DNA of 64,000 nucleotides from a virus (Duplodnaviria; Heunggongvirae; Uroviricota; Caudoviricetes): IMG/VR virus record IMGVR_UViG_2913167280_000003, positions 27,299 to 91,298 of that record; one strand, 5' to 3'. Shown piece by piece: positions 41,691 to 50,700 of this stretch (position 1 is its first letter; each line of letters starts with the position of its first letter). The notes under the pieces were generated by a model. It saw only the letters and a program-made list of their open reading frames with translations, ran no database searches and was not told where the DNA came from. The position numbers and the translations under genes were made by a program.

Positions 41691-42953
41691 ATGAGCACTT
41701 CAGCACAAAACCAATCAATCGAAAATGTATCTATCCCTGACGTCCTGAATGCCGGTATCCCGGCCATTATCCAGAACATCCGGGCCGCGCAACGCCGCGT
41801 TAGTTGTGATGACCTCACAGCGCGTTTTTTTGATAATGCGGTTCAGTCAGCGGAGATGCTTCACGCACAGCTTATTGATGTTTATAACGCAGAAGCTGAT
41901 AGCCATAACTCCCTGGTAGATGCAGCTGAAAATATGCAGTTGGATCTCGGTCTGAAGGGTAAAGAAATTGAAGAGCTTCAGCTGGAAATTGAACATTTGA
42001 AACGCCAGCAACAGGACGCGATCGAAGATGCGACGCATGACGCCAACCAGCGTGCTGATAATGCCGAACGTATAAGCATTGAGCTGGAAACAAAACTCAA
42101 TGAAATGACCGCGATGGTTGTGCTGCGGAACTCACAGATTTCAACTCTAAAATCTCAATATAAAGAGATCATGAAACTTGATCCTTTTAACCTTGAGAAA
42201 CGCTATAACAAAGCCAAAAGCGAGCGACAGGAACTGCGTAAGCAGATTGTCGACCTTAACCAACAGCTCAAAAAGGCTATTAAAGATGCAAGCGAGGCGC
42301 GCGTGGCATTTGCTAATAAAAAAGCAGAGGTTACCGAGCTGGTTAATGAAAATGCTAAATTTGCGACGCTCAAGAAGGAAATGTATGGCATTACTGAGCG
42401 CCGTTTCCCTGCAAGCAAACTCCATCCGACGTTAGGGCAAATATCCTTCTTCCCGCGCCTCCTGGCTTATGGGATCTCATCGCCTAAAGAGTTCAATAAC
42501 GAGCGCCCTTATATCGTTTCTAAGCTGGACTTTGCTTATCAGTTCTGCTGTGACATGGGCTATGCCATTGATATCCGAATCAACGAATGGTTGATGCCAA
42601 ACTTCCAGCCGCTGGCCATTTTCCGCGAGTTCCAGCCGGAAGGTTGGGTAGAGTTCTTCCATGAATTGATCTGTAAAGAGATGGAAAGCCGCCGCCCGGA
42701 ACTGGTCCGCCGTGTCGAGTGGGCGCAAGAGGTTATGTTGGCAGATGCAGAGCTACCGTTCGAACCGGAATTCATTGATGAACTGGCAACTAAAGGGCTG
42801 CATACGTTGTTTGATGTGGTTACCCGCCGTCATGAACAGTTGGTTGTCGAATTGGGTTTAGAGGAAACAGCGGCAAGAAGACTTCTCGATGTTTGCTATG
42901 CACGTAGCGATGCATGGGAAAAAGAGAACGGCGGTACTATTTACGTTCGCTGA
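41691..42953 (+). CDS. hypothetical protein with central coiled coil (420 aa)
   Basis: Long helical heptad-like region (residues about 70-230) flanked by globular domains. Confidence 0.55.
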   Translation: MSTSAQNQSIENVSIPDVLNAGIPAIIQNIRAAQRRVSCDDLTARFFDNAVQSAEMLHAQLIDVYNAEADSHNSLVDAAENMQLDLGLKGKEIEELQLEIEHLKRQQQDAIEDATHDANQRADNAERISIELETKLNEMTAMVVLRNSQISTLKSQYKEIMKLDPFNLEKRYNKAKSERQELRKQIVDLNQQLKKAIKDASEARVAFANKKAEVTELVNENAKFATLKKEMYGITERRFPASKLHPTLGQISFFPRLLAYGISSPKEFNNERPYIVSKLDFAYQFCCDMGYAIDIRINEWLMPNFQPLAIFREFQPEGWVEFFHELICKEMESRRPELVRRVEWAQEVMLADAELPFEPEFIDELATKGLHTLFDVVTRRHEQLVVELGLEETAARRLLDVCYARSDAWEKENGGTIYVR

Positions 42954-43417
42954 TAGTTACAGTGTCACTTTTAATGCTGGTGGAGTGCGCCCACCAGCAT
43001 TTTTTTCGTCCAATGGGGAGGGCATTTGAGTATTTTCAACAAACACGCACACCAGGAACGTCCGTACATCGTCATAGTCGATATTGATGGAACAATATCA
43101 GAAGCAACTGAAGACAGGCTGCATTTGCTTCCGCTGCTGGGGAAAGGAGCATTAATATTGATATGGGGCACGTTTACACAGTCTGGTTTGTAACCGGGTG
43201 CTGTGAGAACGCCAGGGATAAAACACGAGCCTGGTTGCGGAAAAAATAACAAACGTAGCCGAACTGTGCGACGGAGATGACAAAAGGAGGGTTACAAAAT
43301 AAATCGGCTCAATAGACATTATCTGCAGTGGCGAAAGCTGTTTTGATACGGATATTGATGACGCTGATATTTCTGAATGGGGATCTCGGTGTCAGGTGCG
43401 AATCTATTATCTCCATT

Positions 43418-43443
43418 AAATGCCTGCTAGTCAGCAGGCATTT
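43418..43443. repeat. perfect 11-bp inverted repeat AAATGCCTGCT-AGTC-AGCAGGCATTT
   Basis: Seen directly, about 50 bp downstream of the papI-like gene stop. Confidence 0.6.
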
Positions 43444-43496
43444 AATCTTCCTATTAGCTTTCCGTTCATGCCTGGCATTTGCCAGTATGCCGGACA

Positions 43497-43727
43497 TCAT
43501 TTTTCGTATTCAGTTTGCGGACTGAGTTCAGCATCTACCCACAGTGTCTTCGCTCCCCGTTGTGGCGGGCTTCTTCTAATTTTTCCGCTGTTTACCAGTT
43601 GTAAAAGATAATGCCTAGCCTGATAGCTGCTTATATTAAATTCTTTAGATATAGTAGGTGTGTTTGTAAAGTTTTTTAATTTAATGTACAGATATATTGA
43701 ATCCATCATGAATTCATTACCTTTCAT
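43497..43727 (-). CDS. PapI/FaeA-family small regulator (76 aa)
   Basis: SSYQARHYLLQLVNSGKIRRSPPQRGAKTLW matches the PapI signature ([30 protein letters not shown], by memory). Confidence 0.6.
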   Translation of the reverse strand: MKGNEFMMDSIYLYIKLKNFTNTPTISKEFNISSYQARHYLLQLVNSGKIRRSPPQRGAKTLWVDAELSPQTEYEK

Positions 43728-43933
43728 ATAGCTTTTATCGATAAGTATTATTAGTTATTCTTTTTATGGCCTTTAGTATATTTAGTCTTTTTTGTTTGCT
43801 TTTGATCTGGGTTAATAAAAGGTGCATTTTATAAACTTTTTGTTTTTTTGATTTTTAATTTATTTTATATTGCCCACAAAGTGTGCTACCAGCATAAAAT
43901 TCTGAATTTTATTTTCAATGTAGCATAATATTC

Positions 43934-44437
43934 ATGATATTTGATTTTTTTAGAGTTAAAGAACGTGTAATTATTTGTTTTCAGATTAAAAAACCTCTAT
44001 TACTATCACGCACCGTAAAGGCTATGTTTTCGGCGAATGCTTATTACTTAAGATATTTATTTAAATGCAACAGCGACGGGAGTAATCTGATGCAGCAAAG
44101 AGATACTTACCTTCATGGGGAACAAAGGCAGTTATTTCTTAGCAAGAAAAATCAGTGTCTAGCGATAGGAAAGGTTCCTGAAGATATATTCTGGTTGCTA
44201 GTGGAGATGTCAGCCATACGCAGTCAAGGCATCATAAAGGCATTGTATGACTATCTTGTTCTTGGTGATTCGAGAAAAGTTATCTGCGAGCGATACAATG
44301 TAAATAATGGATATATAAGTACCAGTTTATCTCGTCTGGAACGTATGAATGAAATGATAAAAGAAATTATACCGCACCATGTAAAATGGTATGTGGGCAC
44401 CAATAATTACTGTGAATGCTGCGCGCGTGCTATATGA
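43934..44437 (+). CDS. PapB-family regulator (ORF 167 aa; probable real start internal, around 44090)
   Basis: KALYDYLVLGDSRKVICERYNVNNGYISTSLSRLERMNEM matches PapB core (LAMKDYLVGGHSRKEVCEKYQMNNGYFSTTLGRL, by memory); divergent from papI-like gene. Confidence 0.6.
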   Translation: MIFDFFRVKERVIICFQIKKPLLLSRTVKAMFSANAYYLRYLFKCNSDGSNLMQQRDTYLHGEQRQLFLSKKNQCLAIGKVPEDIFWLLVEMSAIRSQGIIKALYDYLVLGDSRKVICERYNVNNGYISTSLSRLERMNEMIKEIIPHHVKWYVGTNNYCECCARAI

Positions 44438-44524
44438 ATCAGAGAAGGACTGTCTATTCATAGATAAAATAATATCTATATAGGCATTTCTGCATGTTAT
44501 AAAAATTGCACCTATAGCAATTGT

Positions 44525-44561
44525 GTTGCATATGAGGTTTAAACTGAACTTCATATGCAAC
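44525..44561. promoter_or_regulatory. 11-bp perfect inverted repeat GTTGCATATGA-N15-TCATATGCAAC in the autotransporter leader
   Basis: Seen directly, about 235 bp upstream of the 44796 ATG. Confidence 0.4.
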
Positions 44562-44795
44562 ACGTTTGTTATATGTGTTGGTAAACTATCTTTTTCGTTT
44601 ATAAGGAGGCGTTAATAAAAAAGTCGCAACTAGGTATTAATTTTTTTTCACTATGTATCGGTTATGTGGCCTTGATGATAGTGAAAAGTCATGGATAAAG
44701 CTGCCAGTAAATAATTATACAGATAACAAATTCTCAAAATATTATCTCATTGAGGCTTCAACTGTAGCTGGTGCGGTAATTTACTGAAGGTATTT

Positions 44796-47700
44796 ATGAA
44801 TAAAATATATAAAGTGATATGGAACCACAGTACTCAGCAGTGGGATGTGGTTTCAGAACTTACAGGTAACAAAAAAAAATGTAAATCTGCTCGCTTAAAC
44901 CTGGCGTTAGCCGCTGCTCTTTTTACCGGAGCTATGGCGGTTAATTGCAGCAGCGCATTCGCGGATATTTCTCTTGATACGGCATGGCGTCCGGCACAGA
45001 ACAACAACCTTGTTGGGGCCGAGACTGTTAACGGCACGACGGAAAATATCATAGGGCCGACATCGGTCGTTTCTGGTTCTTCTGGTCTCGTTAGCATGAC
45101 TGTTGATGAAGCAAAAGCAGAGGGATACATTACGGCTGGGGATGATCTTACCGGATTATTATATATTGACACAGGCGGAAGAACCAAAGCCCTTCAGTAC
45201 TGGGATGCTGCGACCGGCGCGTACAGAACGGTACAGGTATATGACAATGACGCTTTTTCTCAGCGGGCTGCAGGCTCATCTGCGAATGAACTCATTTCCG
45301 GTTTTGCGCCTGATGCTGATTTTTTCTATAAAACCCGTTTTGTTACTGTAACCAATGGTGGTACGGCCAATATTGATGTTGGCGCAGATTTTATTGGTCG
45401 CTATTTCAAAGATACTCAGCTCGCTGTTGCTGATGGAGCTGGATCAACTGTTAACTGGAATTCTGAAAATGAGTTCTACTTGCAGGCCGCAGCAACTTCT
45501 ACAAACGGGCTCACATATACCACTACAATTGACTCAAAAGCATATGCTGGCACATTTACTGACTGGCAGGGACAACAGCATCAGGTTAATTCACAGGCAG
45601 ACTTACAGCAATATAATGATTATCTGACTCAGGCGATTGTTGACGGTAAGCTGAGTGCCTCTCAGTATGAGACTGAATTTAACAGGGCTATTATAACCAC
45701 CACGCATACGTATGATGTTGATCGTACTGCAGGGGGTAAAATTGATCCTGCTATATATCAGGCTGGTATCGGAACACTTGCTGTACTTGAAGCTAGAAAT
45801 GGTGGAACTGCACGACTCAGTTCAACCGGCAAATTAACAGGCATATTGCCGAGTGTTGGTCGTGGAGCTGGTATCATTGCTCGCTCGGGCGGTACAGGTA
45901 TCAACGAGGGTATTATAGATGCTACAGGTATTGCGATGCGTGCATACGGTAACAGCACCATTGTTAATGATGGCACTATCTATTCAGGGATCAACAATTC
46001 TAAACACGGACGACATGGTGAGGGAATGGTGGCAATTGATGCCGATTCCCTCGCAATAAATAATGGTGTTATTAATATCCGGCCATATAAAGTTGCAACA
46101 GTTAATCAGGATGGCATCAACACGGCAATGCTCGTGGCTGGTGGCGGTGAAGGAATTAATAATGGCACCATCAATATTACGGCGGATGCTTCAGTTATTG
46201 ACAGTAAGGGACTAACCCGGGGGATCAGTGTGGGTGACGGAGGTTCCTTTACCAATGCATCCACTGGCAAAATCACCGTCGGTGTGGCTGAAGATGGCAG
46301 CGCAGCGCATTCAGCTGTCGGCTCTGTTGCGGTTGAGGTTGCGCAAGGGGCAACCCGTGTTATTAATGAAGGGACAATTCTCCTGGGGGAAGGGGCTCAG
46401 GGGAACTACGGTATTTCAGCATCGAACGTCGGAGCAGTAAATACAGTCATCAATAAAGGGACTATCACAGTTGAAGGGCATGACAGCGATACACCTGCAC
46501 TGAATGTCGGCATGTTTGCAAATAACAGCACCGGGCTGAAAAACACCGGGGTTATTAATGTGAATGGCCTGAACAGTGCCGGATTACAGGTCATAAACGG
46601 AGGCCAGATAGCGTCTGACGGTACTGTAAATGTTGGTGGCGTGGATATCAGTAGTGGTTTCCGTAACTATGGTGCATGGGTGGAAGGCACCGGAAGCCGT
46701 GTTGATATATCCGGCGAAATTAGCCTTACTGGTGACGGTGCAGTGGGGGTTTTTGCCAAAGATGGCGGAGACCTGACCCTGTCAGGGAATGGTGCGGTGG
46801 TATTCGGTGGCAGTAACCAGGTGGGGTTTTATGTCTACGGTGATGGTTCCACCATTCATAATACCGGGAACAGTGTTATGGATGTTTCCACCGAAAATTC
46901 AACGTTATTCCGTATTGCCAGCGGGGCGGTATACCGGGGGGGCACAGGGGCATCCTCTGATCTGACGGCATCCGGTAAGAACTCGTATGCGCTTGTTGCC
47001 ACTGGCAGGTCTGACACAGGCACTGCCTCAACCGTAACATCCGGAGGGATGACCATCAACCTGACGGGAGAGGGGGCAACTGCTGTCCTGGTAGAGGGCG
47101 GGGCACAGGGCTCAATTGACAGTAATGCCACTATTAATATGGATAATGCCAGCTCGATTGCCGGTATTGCGGATGGCAACGGATATGATATTTCCGGCAA
47201 TCTTATTAATCCAAAAGACAACACCACATTATTAACAGCAGGTGCTCAGCTAAGCTCTTCTCAGGATAAAGTAACCGGGTATATCGCCCGCAATGGGGCA
47301 ACCCTGAATAATACAGGTAATATCACCTTTACCGGAAAGAACACGACCGGTATTCGGGTTGAGGAAGGCGCTGTTGGCACCAACAGTGGAAATATCATCG
47401 TTCAGGATGGCGGTGTGGGATTACTTGCCCGTGGCTCACAGGAAGCCACGACCATTAATAACACCGGCAATCTGGTCCTCAGCGGGGGGGATAATGCCAA
47501 CCGTACTACCGGGATTAAAGCTTCCGGTGCAGCAACAACGGTTAATATGACCGCCGGCGAACTCGTTCTGGAGGGACAGGGGGCGATTGGCGTTGAGGTC
47601 AGTGAACAGGGAACGGTGAATCTTGAGGGGACAGCCATTCCGAAGTTTGCTGCTAACAATTCCGGCATTACCGATCAGATTGCTTTCCGTATTATCGGAG

Positions 47701-50700
47701 ATGGTGCAGTCATCAATACGAAGGTTGCACAGGGAACGCTGCTGGAAGCCAGTGGGCAGCGGTCAGTGCTCTTCCGCATTGAAGACGGGGCAAAACAGAC
47801 TGGCTCTCTGCTGATGCAAACCTCCGGGACAGGCAGCCGGGGGATCTGGGCCACCGGTAAAGGCAGTGATGTACAGGCGGAGGCCGGCAGTGATTTCCGG
47901 ATCCTGGGGGACCTGGCTCAGGGATTGTATGTCACTGGCGGTGCAACAGCGACCCTGAAACAGGGGATATCCGTTGATCTTGTGGGTGACGGGGCCGTTG
48001 TCGCGGAAGTGGACGGTAATGAGTACGCTCTGGATGGCAGTATCACACAAACGAATACTGGCTCGGTTATTACCAATGAGGCAGATATCTCTTCGCCGCT
48101 GAATAATGCCAAGGGCTTTATTACGCGTAATCAGGGACTGTTGATTAACAGCGGCAACATTGATTTCACTGCCGGTACCGATAATATCGGCGTCTGGGTT
48201 GATAACGGTCGCTTTGAAAATACGGGAAACCGTATTGCGGTCAATGGTGTTGCTTTATTTGTTGAAGGGGCACAGTCTCAGATTACCAGCACGGGAGGGG
48301 ATATCGTCGCTGTGGACGGTGAGGCTGCCATTAAGCTGGGGGCGGGCGCGTCACTGAACCTGGCAGGGAGTGGGCTGGGAACGATTGAGGGCCAGAAAAA
48401 TGCACATGGCATCCTGCTGGATACAGGGACTGTGGGGCTGGTTATTGATGGTGCGAAAATTAATGTGAATGCTGCAGGTGCGGTTGGTCACGGGATTGAG
48501 AACCGTGCAGAAATCGAAGGCATTCAGCTAACCAGTACGACTGAAATTAATGTGGCTGATGGCATTGGTGTGCGTACTTCAGCTTCGCTGGCTAAGGCCA
48601 ACAGCGGCACTATTAATGTAGACGGCAGTGGAATTGCACTGGCGTTCCAGAAAGCTGACGGAAGTGAAACCGATAATAACCTGGATATGTCTGACTCCGG
48701 CGGATTAGTCATTAATCTGAAAGGAACAGGGGGGACAGGCATTCTCGCCAACACCGGAGACGGTGTCAGCGTGAAAAGTGGTGCCAGCGTTAATGTCATG
48801 CAGGCTGATGGCGGCTCCGCTCTGGTGGTCAACAATGCGGCTCGTGAAGTGATCCAGAGCGGTAATCTCATTTCCGCTTCGCTGAGTCATGCTGTAGTGG
48901 ATGCATCAAAAGCACTGTCCTTTACCAATAAAGGACAGATTAAAGCCGCGTCCGCCGCCGGGAATGCAATGTCGTTTGATGAGGCCGTGAATACCACCGT
49001 ACTGAATGATAGTGGTGCTGAAATTCAGGGGATTGTGGCCCTGAATGGGGGAGATAATTCATTTACCAATAAAGGCAGTATTACCGGAACCGTCAGTGCA
49101 AAAGATGGCAACAACACATTGTTATTTGATGACGGCAGCACACTGACAGGCGAGGTGACCGCCGGGAACGGCAATAACAATGTAACGCTTAACGGCAGGA
49201 CGCATGTTGACCTGGTGATTGCAGGTACAGGACAGAATACCTTCACCATTAAAGGTGAAGGGGCAACCTGGAATCTGCTGGATGGCGGACTGGGGAATTC
49301 TGATGCCCTGATATTTGACAGCGCCATTCATACGCTGGACTCTGCTGCAAAGCTACAAAACTTTGAACATGTCGGGCTGAAAAATGGTTCCGTTGTCACC
49401 CTGAAGGAGGCACTGGTGCTAACTGACGGCGGTGCCGGCGCGGGCTCTGTCGATATTGAATCGGGCAGTGAACTGAGTATTACCCCTGCCGTTGCAGGCG
49501 ACTTTACCTTTGATCCACTGTTAACGGGCAAAGGCACGCTGTCCGCTCAGCTTGATGCCGACACCTCTGCTTTTGAATTCAGCCATAACGTCGGGGATCA
49601 GTTTGCCGGCACCCTGAAGCTGGGCACCAGCAGTTTTGCGCTGGAAGGGCTGAATACGAAGGGGTTGACCCATGCCATGTTGATGTCTGAAACCGGGAAT
49701 ATCACAACGGTTGGCTCCGGTGTTCAGCGGATTGGCGGCCTTGGGTTCAGTGGCGGAACACTGAATTTTGGTTCTGTCAGCCCGGGAGATATTGTTGCCG
49801 GCAACCGTATTGAAACCTCTGCCTCAGGTACGCTGGATCTCCGCGGTCAGGGCACTATTCAGGTCACCATGCCGGTGGTGGTTAATGATATTCCGGTGGT
49901 TGATACCCGTAAGAATCTGCTTGAGCAGGACGATGCGCAGACCCTGGTCAAACTGGTGGATGCTAAGGGAACCGTTACCGGCACCGGCGGACAGTTGCAA
50001 CTGGTGGATGAAAATGGCCAGGTCATTTCTCACAGTCAGACGTTCGATGTGACTCAGGGCGGTGAAGTGGTGGCCCAGGGGAACTATGACTACAAGCTGC
50101 TGGGAAGTTCCGACGGTATTAACGGTGATGGGCTGTATATCGGCTATGGCCTGAAATCGCTGAATTTGCAAGGGACAGGTGATAAAGCGCTGGTGCTGAC
50201 CCCGAGAGCGAACGCACAGGGGCTGCAGTCAGATCTCGGTGCTCAGTTAACGGGAACAGGGGATCTGGCGATAGACGCTGTGGGGCAGGTTGTCACACTG
50301 TCCAACGGTGGTAATAACTACACCGGTGATACGCTGGTGCGCAGCGGCACACTGCAGATGGCAAATGATAATGTGCTTGGCGCTACAGGTAGCCTGAACG
50401 TTGCCAGCAATGCCGTCTTCAGAACAGACGGATACAGCCAGACGGTTGGTGCACTGCAGACAGAAACGGGGGCGCACATTCAGCTTGATAGCGGTAGTGT
50501 ACTCACGGTCAGCGGCACGCAGCGTCAGCCGGGCGATGATAATGGTGGCATCATTGAAAACAATGTGCTGACCGGAGACGGTACGCTGGCTGTTACAGGC
50601 AGCAATCTGACGGTACATGGCACCAATATCGGGTTCACCGGTAATGTCAGCCTTACCCGGGGTTCGCTGGTTGAAATGAACGGCGCACAGGGGCTGGGAA

